Origin: an uncultured Candidatus Saccharibacteria bacterium
GTDB lineage: Bacteria > Patescibacteriota > Saccharimonadia > Saccharimonadales > 2-12-FULL-41-12
DNA length: 64,000 nucleotides
Direction: 5' to 3'
Assembly (NCBI GenBank): GCA_964404795.1
Contig: CAYOLI010000002.1
Coordinates: 7,766-71,765, forward strand
Shown here: in pieces, positions 15,889-24,566 of the stretch
How positions within the stretch are numbered: position 1 is the first letter of the stretch
How the letters are laid out: the number at the start of each line of letters is the position of its first letter
The notes under the pieces: model-generated
What the model was told of the DNA's origin: nothing
Seen by the model: only the letters and a program-made list of their open reading frames with translations
Databases searched by the model: none
Made by a program: the position numbers and the translations under genes

Positions 15889-17100
15889 CTATACAGATTG
15901 TCTGATAGATTTATAAAGTGAAACGTCTTTGAATCTGACGCGAACACGCAACAAAACCACAAAAGATATGATTGCTAACATCATTAAAGCTATAGCATAT
16001 GAGCCAGTTTTTTGAAAAGTTAAACCAAGTACTAAAGGGGGAAGAAAGCCGCCAAGACCACCAACTGCGCCAATTATTCCCGTGACACTGCCCATAGAAG
16101 TTGGCTTTGCTCGTCGCCCAACTAGTGCGAATACGGCCCCATTACAACAACCTAAAATAAATGCTAATAGCAAATATGCCACGGTAGTTTGGTGCGATAG
16201 TGTTGGTTGAAAGGCCACAAAACTAGCCAAGAATATAATCATCAACAAACAAAGTTGGACTATATATTTACCACCAATTTTGTCGCTCAAAAAACCACCG
16301 ATTGGCCTAGCAATAGTGGCAAGTAAAACAAAGCCCGCAGCTCGCGAAGCTGCATCTGTTAATGTCAGTCCATACGCAACCTTTAGTAAAACCGGCAAAT
16401 ATACTCCAAATGCCACAAACGCTCCAAATGAAACAGCATACACAATTGCCAAATCCCAAGTCAGCGGTTGCCTAACTGCCTCAATCAATTTAGCTGTGGA
16501 CGAGCCCTTGTCGGGTTTCCATTCGGGGGAGTTCCTGCCATAGATAGCAAATACAGTTCCAATAGTAATTAATAGCCCAGATACCAGCAAAAAGGTTGGG
16601 TCTCGGCCGATCAATCCTTCAAGCCGAGGAGTGGCAAAAGCAGATAAAGCTGTACCAATGTTACCAGCACTATAAATACCTAAAATGAGTCCTCGTTTTG
16701 CCGGTGAAAACCAGGGGCTAATAAAGGGTATTCCTACAGCGAAAATAGCTCCACCCAACCCAAGAAACGCCGCAACTAATAATAGTTGCGAAAAATCATT
16801 CACCAAAGTTAAACCAATTACTGGTAGTGATGTCAACAAACAAACCACAGAGAACATAATTCTTCCACCAAACCTATCTGTTAGCATCCCTAGCACAATC
16901 CTGCCAAGCGATCCAATTATAACGGGTACCGCTAAGAGTAACGACAGCTTAGCTGGGTCCAGGGAAAGTTCTGCTGCGTATTTTACCCCTAGTGGGCTAA
17001 GCAAGGTCCAGGCCCAAAAATTGATAATCAAAGCCAGCGTTGCTAATGTTAATGCAAAATATGCTTCTTTTGTGCTTTTTAATAATTTTTTATTTTTCAC
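15889..17100 (-). CDS. MFS transporter, NarK/NNP (nitrate/nitrite porter)-like
   Basis: ~12 TM helices. MFS motif A GMLTDRFGGR. Gly-rich NNP-like signature GIIGAVGGLGGFLPPLVLG. Confidence 0.6.
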   Translation of the reverse strand: MKNKKLLKSTKEAYFALTLATLALIINFWAWTLLSPLGVKYAAELSLDPAKLSLLLAVPVIIGSLGRIVLGMLTDRFGGRIMFSVVCLLTSLPVIGLTLVNDFSQLLLVAAFLGLGGAIFAVGIPFISPWFSPAKRGLILGIYSAGNIGTALSAFATPRLEGLIGRDPTFLLVSGLLITIGTVFAIYGRNSPEWKPDKGSSTAKLIEAVRQPLTWDLAIVYAVSFGAFVAFGVYLPVLLKVAYGLTLTDAASRAAGFVLLATIARPIGGFLSDKIGGKYIVQLCLLMIIFLASFVAFQPTLSHQTTVAYLLLAFILGCCNGAVFALVGRRAKPTSMGSVTGIIGAVGGLGGFLPPLVLGLTFQKTGSYAIALMMLAIISFVVLLRVRVRFKDVSLYKSIRQSV

Positions 17101-17112
17101 TGCAGATTTTGC

Positions 17113-17538
17113 TTACTTAATAGGGCAGAGTAGTTTTAATCCAGTAAACTCATCATTCTGCCTTGTTACCGCGATATTACTGGTAGTTATGTGCAGCTCG
17201 CAAGTCAAACCAACAATTAGCTTATTTACGTGTCCACCAACTACCTGAAAATTATCTTTGCCAAAAGTGCCGTGAACATGCCAAAAAGGCAAGCCATCTA
17301 CAAGAGACAAATTACCGGTCAAGCTCAATATTTCTAACCCTTCATCAAAGTTCTGCCACTGATATTCTTTGTACTCTAGATTATAGTATCCCAAAGTAAG
17401 TCCGCCACTACCACCGATCCCACTCAGCCAGCCACTACTAATTTTGTTATTTTTCGACCAATTATTTAATGTTTCGAAGAGTTCCTCATCTCTTTGCAAC
17501 ACTAACATATAGTTATTAGCATCTTGGAAAATTTGCAT
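17113..17538 (-). CDS. PPC (DUF296) domain protein
   Basis: GIGGSGGLTLGYY...SLTGNLS...PFWHVHGTFG...VVGGHV is the typical PPC-domain pattern. Confidence 0.7.
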   Translation of the reverse strand: MQIFQDANNYMLVLQRDEELFETLNNWSKNNKISSGWLSGIGGSGGLTLGYYNLEYKEYQWQNFDEGLEILSLTGNLSLVDGLPFWHVHGTFGKDNFQVVGGHVNKLIVGLTCELHITTSNIAVTRQNDEFTGLKLLCPIK

Positions 17539-17587
17539 ACGATTATTCTAACACTATAACCTTATGCTTCTCTAGATTTAATTTGAT

Positions 17588-18145
17588 TCAGCGATCTAGT
17601 TTGTCAATAAATTTCAAGAATTCAGACCAAAAATTTTTTATGTGGTCTTTTGTATTTTGATCGACTAGCTGGTTATTCTCGTCAAACTTTTCGCCCGCCA
17701 TACTCAGATAGAACTCTGGTTGTTGCATAGTCGGCATGTTCAGAAATGTTAAGACCTGTCTAAGATGGTGTGAGGCCCCGAAAGCCCCTAACGAATATGG
17801 AGAAACCCCTGCTATAGCTGCAGGTTTCTCGCCCCATGTCCCATGGCCAACAAGTGCTTGAGGTCGAGAAGCCCAATCTAAGGCATTCTTAAGAACCGGC
17901 GGAATAGAACGATTATATTCCGGCGTAACTATCAAAATGCCGTTGCTCGGCCTAATTTGATTCTTAAAATCAATCAGATAGTCGGGCTCTGGCAACTCCA
18001 GATCTTGATTGTACATAGGTAACGGCTCAATATTGGCTACAGTAACCTCTACGTCATCGGGGGCTAAATCTATAAATGCTTGTACTAGTTTAGAAGTTAA
18101 AGAATCTTTTCGTAAGCTGCCAGGCAAAACTAGTATTTTATGCAT
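17588..18145 (-). CDS. NAD(P)H-dependent FMN reductase (ChrR/YieF-like flavodoxin fold)
   Basis: ILVLPGSLRKDSLTSKL...IVTPEYNRSIPPVLKNALDWASRP. Confidence 0.8.
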   Translation of the reverse strand: MHKILVLPGSLRKDSLTSKLVQAFIDLAPDDVEVTVANIEPLPMYNQDLELPEPDYLIDFKNQIRPSNGILIVTPEYNRSIPPVLKNALDWASRPQALVGHGTWGEKPAAIAGVSPYSLGAFGASHHLRQVLTFLNMPTMQQPEFYLSMAGEKFDENNQLVDQNTKDHIKNFWSEFLKFIDKLDR

Positions 18146-18148
18146 TTA

Positions 18149-19660
18149 CTAAATTGATGCTTCCCAATCAAACAAAACATTGTCTTCGCGGTAGCCACCG
18201 CATCCACGTTCAATACTTTCGAACTCTTCGACAAACTCAATCGATTTTAGATACTTTGCCATTTTATACCCCAATTTACGCTCACAACGAAGACGTAAGG
18301 GAGCCCCGTGATCTAGCGGCAACGGTTCCCAGTTCATTTCATATGCCAATATACTCTGTGCATCTTCCATATCACTAACTCTAAGCGCAGAGTAATAATG
18401 ATAGCCCTTATCGTCTACATCATAGGCGTGAAATACAATATACTTCGCATTTGGCTTTGGTTTGGCACGCTTTAATATTTCACCCACATGAACGCCACCC
18501 CATTGTCCAATTGCACTCCACCCCTGAATGCAGATATGTTTTGTAATTTGATCCCGATAAGGCATCTTTTTAATATCATCCAGTGAAAGTTCTAGCTCGT
18601 TCTCGACTAGACCATTAACTTTTAGTCGCCAATCCTTGAAATTATTTTGCTTTAGTTTTTCGAACTCTTCTGTGTCTGGTGGATAACCATTAGTTCTGAA
18701 AAACTCAGATATATCTTTTTTCTTATACGTATTACGTGGCGACATTCGTCCAAAAATACCATGAATAATAGGGTGAAGTATCTTTACTAACACTTTTCTG
18801 GTACCTACTCGGTGGTTTAAAGTGAAATATGTAATTAAAATATTAAAAATTAGCAAAAAGAGTAGAGCCGAGGCAAACACAGTTAAAGCGGCAGCTAAGT
18901 CTACATTGGTTGTTCCAAAGGTAATGAGTTTAACGTTTCGATAAAAATAAACTAGAGCAACTAGTGAGACGTGACCAATTATAAAGGCCGAGAATATTAA
19001 CATACCTATAAAATGAATACTCCTGGCTGCCTGTCTGCGCCCACCAAATATATTTACGTATTTTGGGAAACGGTTTGTAAAAGCTGGAGACATTGCAATG
19101 GCCGTAAGAACCATCAAAGGGGATAGCACAAAAACTATCATTGAATATGCTATTTGTTGCAAGCTGTTATACGGGTTAAATGCGCTTTCTGGCGGTAACT
19201 GAAAAGAAAGATAACCGACAAGCTCATGCCAGGCACTTGGTATGACATCCCAGCTAGTTGGTATTAACCGGCGCCAAGCACCAGTTGTAAACATATAACC
19301 CCAATAAACGATACCTGTTAATATCCACACCGTGGCACCAATAAAATGCCAATTGCGAGCCATACCAAACTCAGGGTGCGCCCCACCCGGCAATGCCAAA
19401 TGACTAATGTGTTCGGCCTCGTCATGAGCAGTCCATAGCTTGTCTTTTGGCATCTTTAATTTGCCGAATTTAAGCCAATAATTATCTCGCCTAGTATGAT
19501 CCGTCCAATAGAGCAGGGGATGGTCGGCTAGAATATGCAGACCACTTCTTATTAATAAAATTACAGCAAAAAGATTGATAAAGTGCGTTATTACAATCAA
19601 AAGAGGCATTGTGTCTGCGCCGTCCATATCCCAAATTATATCACGAATCGACTTAGGCAA
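18149..19660 (-). CDS. fusion of a multi-TM cytochrome-b-like domain with a sulfite-oxidase-family (YedY/MsrP-like) molybdopterin oxidoreductase domain
   Basis: The N-terminal ~300 aa carry 5-6 TM helices and conserved His residues. The C-terminal part (HICIQGWSAIGQWGGV...HGAPLRL) is the Oxidored_molyb pattern. TTG start. Confidence 0.75.
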   Translation of the reverse strand: MPKSIRDIIWDMDGADTMPLLIVITHFINLFAVILLIRSGLHILADHPLLYWTDHTRRDNYWLKFGKLKMPKDKLWTAHDEAEHISHLALPGGAHPEFGMARNWHFIGATVWILTGIVYWGYMFTTGAWRRLIPTSWDVIPSAWHELVGYLSFQLPPESAFNPYNSLQQIAYSMIVFVLSPLMVLTAIAMSPAFTNRFPKYVNIFGGRRQAARSIHFIGMLIFSAFIIGHVSLVALVYFYRNVKLITFGTTNVDLAAALTVFASALLFLLIFNILITYFTLNHRVGTRKVLVKILHPIIHGIFGRMSPRNTYKKKDISEFFRTNGYPPDTEEFEKLKQNNFKDWRLKVNGLVENELELSLDDIKKMPYRDQITKHICIQGWSAIGQWGGVHVGEILKRAKPKPNAKYIVFHAYDVDDKGYHYYSALRVSDMEDAQSILAYEMNWEPLPLDHGAPLRLRCERKLGYKMAKYLKSIEFVEEFESIERGCGGYREDNVLFDWEASI

Positions 19661-19690
19661 ATAACCTTTAGCACAAATGCCGTGATAACG

Positions 19691-20950
19691 CTAACGGCTT
19701 TTTAAAAGTAGGTTAAAGTATTCGGTACCACCAAATGGAATTTTTTGCTTAACATGCCTAGTACCCTCTAGAGAGTCAGCTGAATGAATAGTAAAAGTGC
19801 CATAAAAATCGTTTATTTCATCAACGGCTTGACTTAGAAAGCCCTTATTGGAATATCTTTCAAACAACCCTAATTGGCTACGCGAAGAAGCAGTAAGCCC
19901 GTATAGATATAAACCCATTGCGCCAACCACCATATGTTTGGGTCGTTTATCGAAATGTTTTGCGACTCTCAGCCAGATGTCCTCGTTGGTAAAGATGCTC
20001 GTTTTATACATTTTCTTGTCATAAAAGCTACCTCCTGTCCGAAAACTTAGCCACACACAAACTCCTCTGGCTTCAACATTTCTATATCTCAACTTCATGC
20101 CTGTTGTCTCACTTAAAAAATGTAAGCACGACCTCAAGTAGTCCTCGTTGTTAGTCGGATTTTTTACAACCCACTGCCGACCAATCATCCCTAAGTTGGT
20201 ATTTACGTTGTCAACCTCAAAACCACGTAAGCGCTGATACCAATAAGAGCCGTTTATACTCTTGAATATTTTTCGGCGCAAGATATCTTCGCTAGTAGCC
20301 AAGAATTCCATTGGTGTAAATATATTGTGAGCCCTCAAACGACTCCCATATCCTTCGGCAATGCCGTTAAGATCTTGAAGTTCTAAACTTGTATAAATAC
20401 TTACAAGGTTTTTGTAATCGATAACATCTAAACCATCTGGCTTATGAAGACCTGCCGCCGTCTTTGCCAAGAACCGATTTGGCGCAATACCGACATTGAT
20501 ACTTATATAACCTCCAATTTCTTCGCGTACTCGTTGCTTTATCTCGTATCCAACCCTAATAATTTCGTCTGTCTTGTCCTGATATGTGGTGCCATTAAAA
20601 TCAATTATTCCCTCATCGATTGAACGCATTTTTATATTGGGTGAATACGTACCCATGATACTAAAAAGTTTGCTATAGACATTGTGATATTTAGGCGGAT
20701 CACTCTCCAGTAAGACAAGGTCTGGACATAGTGCTAACGCCTCACTACGCCTTACTCCTACTTTAATTCCAAGAGCTTTCGCCTCGTAGCTAGCAGCAAT
20801 AACACAACATTCTTTGCTTAATCGGTTTGTTACTCCTATTGGTTTACCTCGCAAGCTGGGGTGGGCTTGCTGTTCGGCGGATGCAAACGCGCTGTTTAAG
20901 TCGATCCACATTACGTTCGGCCTAGCACGGTTAATGCCATAAGAAGTCAT
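19691..20950 (-). CDS. Y-family DNA polymerase (UmuC/DinB-like)
   Basis: MWIDLNSAFASAEQ (catalytic Asp motif) and SIDEGIIDF (SIDE motif) are both intact. Confidence 0.8.
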   Translation of the reverse strand: MTSYGINRARPNVMWIDLNSAFASAEQQAHPSLRGKPIGVTNRLSKECCVIAASYEAKALGIKVGVRRSEALALCPDLVLLESDPPKYHNVYSKLFSIMGTYSPNIKMRSIDEGIIDFNGTTYQDKTDEIIRVGYEIKQRVREEIGGYISINVGIAPNRFLAKTAAGLHKPDGLDVIDYKNLVSIYTSLELQDLNGIAEGYGSRLRAHNIFTPMEFLATSEDILRRKIFKSINGSYWYQRLRGFEVDNVNTNLGMIGRQWVVKNPTNNEDYLRSCLHFLSETTGMKLRYRNVEARGVCVWLSFRTGGSFYDKKMYKTSIFTNEDIWLRVAKHFDKRPKHMVVGAMGLYLYGLTASSRSQLGLFERYSNKGFLSQAVDEINDFYGTFTIHSADSLEGTRHVKQKIPFGGTEYFNLLLKSR

Positions 20951-21222
20951 CTAGCATCTCCTGGGATAATTGCTATCAAAGTCCATGTTAGTACCTCGGC
21001 ATCAAACTCTAAACGATAATCATTCACGCCATCATGCATATCAAACACGTGAATCATTCGTTTGCCCCGAGCTGTTGGATGTCTCATGCCAAGTTGTGTA
21101 AAGACGATCTCGCGACCATCAAGACGCATTTTATAGGGGAATGAAGCCAAACTAATATCACCGTCCTTTTTATAAAGGACAACCACATCAACTCGCTTAT
21201 TTACAACAATTGTCGGATCCAT
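20947..21222 (-). CDS. small hypothetical protein translationally coupled to the Y-family polymerase
   Basis: 91-aa ORF with an AGGGTGAG SD-like element upstream. Its stop overlaps the polymerase start by 4 nt. Confidence 0.55.
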   Translation of the reverse strand: MDPTIVVNKRVDVVVLYKKDGDISLASFPYKMRLDGREIVFTQLGMRHPTARGKRMIHVFDMHDGVNDYRLEFDAEVLTWTLIAIIPGDAR

Positions 21223-21253
21223 ACAAAAATCTCACCCTTTAGTATTTATAGGC

Positions 21254-21301
21254 AGAACGGATTTGATTTTAGCTACCTGATAAACCTTTTATGGCCGTTC
21301 T
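21254..21301. promoter_or_regulatory. inverted repeat AGAACGG-N34-CCGTTCT in the promoter region of the polymerase operon
   Basis: The arms lie at 21254-21260 and 21295-21301. On the minus strand, the half-site at 21254-21260 (read as CCGTTCT) sits directly upstream of a TATAAAT -10-like box. Confidence 0.35.
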
Positions 21302-21469
21302 TGTCCATCGGGTCATAACAGGGAACTTGATTGCATGGAAGTCAGTCAGGGGCAAAACGCATAACTGCTTAAAATCTATGAAGCCGAAAAGTAGAAAAGC
21401 GAAAACACTAGTACTCTTCCTGCTACTATCAATTATATAACAAATGAAATAGATTTAAATTCAATATCA

Positions 21470-22915
21470 CTACATGTAAAGAGTAGTAGCATTCGGACCA
21501 GTGGAACCCTTGGCATAATATTTGAGACCGTCACCTGAAGCCCCCCACGCATCGACAACAAATTGCAAAATACGCCAAGCTGCCAATACTTCATCGCTAG
21601 TGGCAAACAACATGTTATCACCTCTAATCGCATCAACTAACACGCGTTCGTACGCATCAGGATGACCGTGAGAATCAAAGGTCTGTTTGTAGCTAAATTC
21701 CATCGGTGCAAGCTGCATAGTTTTTTCAAAACCAGGTTTCTTGACCCAAAATTGCACAACAATACTTTCATTTGGCTGGATGTGGAAAGTTAGCTGGTTA
21801 GTATATTTACACGCATCATCTTTGGCCTTAAAGTTTATCGACACACTAGTTTTCTTGCTATCAAGTGCTTTGCCGCTGCGCAAATAAATTGGTACATCTC
21901 GCCACACTGGATCATTTGAAAACAGCTTTAAAGCAGCGAAAGTTTCGGTGTGCGAATCTTTGTTTTCTACCTCTGCTTTGTAGCCCTCATACTGTGCACG
22001 AATAGCCCTCTCGTTTACACAATCTGCTGGGACAGGTTCTATGCTATCCAGTGCAAGTTGTCTCATTTTATGCATCTCTTTACTGCTATTAATATCTTTT
22101 GGCTGGGGCATCAAAATAATTGCCATTACATACAATAAGTGGCTCTGGATTAAGTCCCTTAATGCGCCTACATTCTCATAAAAATTAGCTCGTCCCTCTA
22201 TGTCTAACTTTTCATCGGCGACAATCTCGATTGATTCTACATGGTTATTGTCCCAAATATCTTCAAATATCGGGTTTTGAAACCTGAAGGTCACTATATT
22301 TTGAACGGTTTCTTTAGCCAAGTAGTGATCTATTCTAAATAACTGTGTTTCTTTAAAGTACTTTTTGGTAGTTTCGACCAATTCCAGCGCCGAATTTAGG
22401 TCAAAACCAAACGGTTTTTCTAGTAGCAAATGCGCTAGATTGCGATGCTTAGTACAGCCAAAATTTAAACCATTCTTCCCGAGATTCCTAATAATGGGCA
22501 TAGATATCTGTGGTGGAATGGCTAAATAAAATAACCTGTTAAGACAAAGCCCTAATTTTTCTTCTAGATTGTCCATATACATTTGATACTTAGGGTAATC
22601 ATCTGGCAAAGCCGAATTCATCTGATACATTATTATTTTCTTTGTGACACGCACTAATGCCTCTTCATCAATCCGACCATCGATTGATCTAATACTAGGC
22701 CTAACTTTTTGCAAAAGATCATCGATGTTTAGCGTGCGACGGGTGATGCCCACAATACGAGTTTTCTCATGCAAAAGCTTATTTTTTTCTAACTCATAAA
22801 GAGCAGGTAACAACTTGCGCGTCGATAAATCGCCTGTTACACCAAATATAGAAATAATCGCTGGTGCTAGCTTTAATGTCTCGTTTTGAGCCAAGTTTGA
22901 AACATCATTTGCCAC
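21470..22915 (-). CDS. zwf: glucose-6-phosphate 1-dehydrogenase
   Basis: FGVTGDLSTRKLLPALY NADP motif and the RIDHYLAKE active-site motif. Confidence 0.9.
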   Translation of the reverse strand: MANDVSNLAQNETLKLAPAIISIFGVTGDLSTRKLLPALYELEKNKLLHEKTRIVGITRRTLNIDDLLQKVRPSIRSIDGRIDEEALVRVTKKIIMYQMNSALPDDYPKYQMYMDNLEEKLGLCLNRLFYLAIPPQISMPIIRNLGKNGLNFGCTKHRNLAHLLLEKPFGFDLNSALELVETTKKYFKETQLFRIDHYLAKETVQNIVTFRFQNPIFEDIWDNNHVESIEIVADEKLDIEGRANFYENVGALRDLIQSHLLYVMAIILMPQPKDINSSKEMHKMRQLALDSIEPVPADCVNERAIRAQYEGYKAEVENKDSHTETFAALKLFSNDPVWRDVPIYLRSGKALDSKKTSVSINFKAKDDACKYTNQLTFHIQPNESIVVQFWVKKPGFEKTMQLAPMEFSYKQTFDSHGHPDAYERVLVDAIRGDNMLFATSDEVLAAWRILQFVVDAWGASGDGLKYYAKGSTGPNATTLYM

Positions 22916-23810
22916 TTAACGAATGTCCTCCAAACTTGTTGCGAAGTGCAGCTAGCATTTTGGTGGCATAGTTTACTTCACCTTTTTGTGAACGCAAGCG
23001 AACATCAAAAGCCGACTCAATTGCCGGCATGTCGATGCCTTTTTCTTTTGCAATCTCGAGTGTCCAACGTGCTTCACCAGATTCTGCAACAACCCCTTCA
23101 ATATCACTTAGATTGGTATCTTCACGGGCTACCTCGAACGCAAGATTGTTTAAAGTACTTTCAATCACGCTCGCTCTTTGCCAAATACTTCCAGCTTTTG
23201 CTAAATCAATATTTGGATAATGTCCTTCCTTTAATACCCTGTACCCCTCGGCTAAACTTTCCATCATGCCGTACTCAATTGCATTATGCACCATTTTTAC
23301 GTAATGCCCACTACCAGCTGGACCAAAGAACTCATGGCCTCCCCGAGGTGGGGAAAGAGCATCAAGGACGGGCTTGATTTGATTGTACGACTCCTCGTGA
23401 CCACCAGCCATCATCGAAAAACCGTTTTTCTGGCCCATTACACCACCACTTACACCTATATCTACAAATCTTACATCTTTGGATTCTGCTAATTCTGAAT
23501 GCTTAATAGTTCCACGAAAATCACTATTTCCACCATCTATTAACAAGCTCCCACTTGGTAATACCTCTAACCAGTTATCTATTTCTGCATCTACGGCGCC
23601 AGCTGGAATCATAAGCCAGACCTTAATATGCTCATTCCCAAATTCTGCTACTGCATCTTGCTTGGTCAATACAGCAGTAGCTCCAATTGCTCTAGCTTCT
23701 TGAGCCGACGCTTCGCGCCGTACAACCGCTATTACGCTATGCCCATTATCCACCAGTCGCTTAACAATCTGCGTACCCATTTTCCCTAAACCCTCAACCG
23801 CAATTTTCAT
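22905..23810 (-). CDS. gnd: 6-phosphogluconate dehydrogenase (decarboxylating), short form
   Basis: MKIAVEGLGKMGTQIV Rossmann motif...GSGHYVKMVHNAIEYG. Confidence 0.85.
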   Translation of the reverse strand: MKIAVEGLGKMGTQIVKRLVDNGHSVIAVVRREASAQEARAIGATAVLTKQDAVAEFGNEHIKVWLMIPAGAVDAEIDNWLEVLPSGSLLIDGGNSDFRGTIKHSELAESKDVRFVDIGVSGGVMGQKNGFSMMAGGHEESYNQIKPVLDALSPPRGGHEFFGPAGSGHYVKMVHNAIEYGMMESLAEGYRVLKEGHYPNIDLAKAGSIWQRASVIESTLNNLAFEVAREDTNLSDIEGVVAESGEARWTLEIAKEKGIDMPAIESAFDVRLRSQKGEVNYATKMLAALRNKFGGHSLSGK

Positions 23811-24485
23811 TTATATCTCCTTACTTTCTTTTATTTGGTTAGTATAAATTGTACTATTTACTTCACGCAAAATCGTGGCCGGCGCGATATCTAATGACGG
23901 TGGATTACCAGAGGTTATTTGATCTATGGCCCAGCGCTTACTATCGCCCAACACAAAGGCAACGACCAAACCCATCTGTCCTATGGCATTGAACCCTAGC
24001 GTTACTCTGATAAAATCTTCTGCCTTATAACCAATAACCAATTCTTCGCTCTGGCTGGCCTCGGTTTTTGGCTTAATGCCTGCAATATGCGCATCTGGAC
24101 CAATGCCAAACTGACCAATTATAAAATCTGCTTTTTTAAACTGCTCCTTTACGGTTGAGGAATATCTGTCTACAACGTCTTTTATGTTTTCTTTATCATC
24201 TAGGATTATCGGGAGAACTTCCGCATTTTTAGTATCAAATCCTTGAGAAGTTAGCTGTAACCAATTGCAATCTGGGTGGTTTGGCGCGACATATCTCTCG
24301 TCTGTCTGCATTATCACTAACTTTCTACTATCTATCGCATCTATTTGGGACATTGCATCTATACTGATACTAATGTTGCTGCCGCCTGGCACCAACCACA
24401 CTACTCTTTGGTGCTCGTCTAGTGCCTGTTTTAGCTCACTCGCTAGAATACCTGCCAGTCCTGTTTCTTTTTTTATAACCTTCAT
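23811..24485 (-). CDS. pgl: 6-phosphogluconolactonase
   Basis: LVPGGSN...QTDERYV motifs; operon position upstream of gnd-zwf. Confidence 0.75.
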   Translation of the reverse strand: MKVIKKETGLAGILASELKQALDEHQRVVWLVPGGSNISISIDAMSQIDAIDSRKLVIMQTDERYVAPNHPDCNWLQLTSQGFDTKNAEVLPIILDDKENIKDVVDRYSSTVKEQFKKADFIIGQFGIGPDAHIAGIKPKTEASQSEELVIGYKAEDFIRVTLGFNAIGQMGLVVAFVLGDSKRWAIDQITSGNPPSLDIAPATILREVNSTIYTNQIKESKEI

Positions 24486-24566
24486 CTATATCTATTATCC
24501 CACACCAATCAATAGCTTCGCCATCAACACCGCTACCCTCATAACCCTGTCTGATAGAATATCACC

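Noticed and set aside
16685-17248. A 187-aa plus-strand ORF, and other antisense ORFs (16280-16543, 15520-15877), opposite the MFS and moeA genes.
   Set aside because: The opposite strand carries well-supported genes with family motifs. The antisense translations are low-complexity and have no SD.
21320-21400. GGAAGTCAGTCAGGGGCAAAACGC resembled the SRP (4.5S) RNA conserved region and the RNase P AGGAAAGTCC box.
   Set aside because: The GGAA tetraloop/AGCAGCC symmetric-loop pattern of SRP RNA and the full RNase P core are both absent, and I could not build a long closing helix on either strand.
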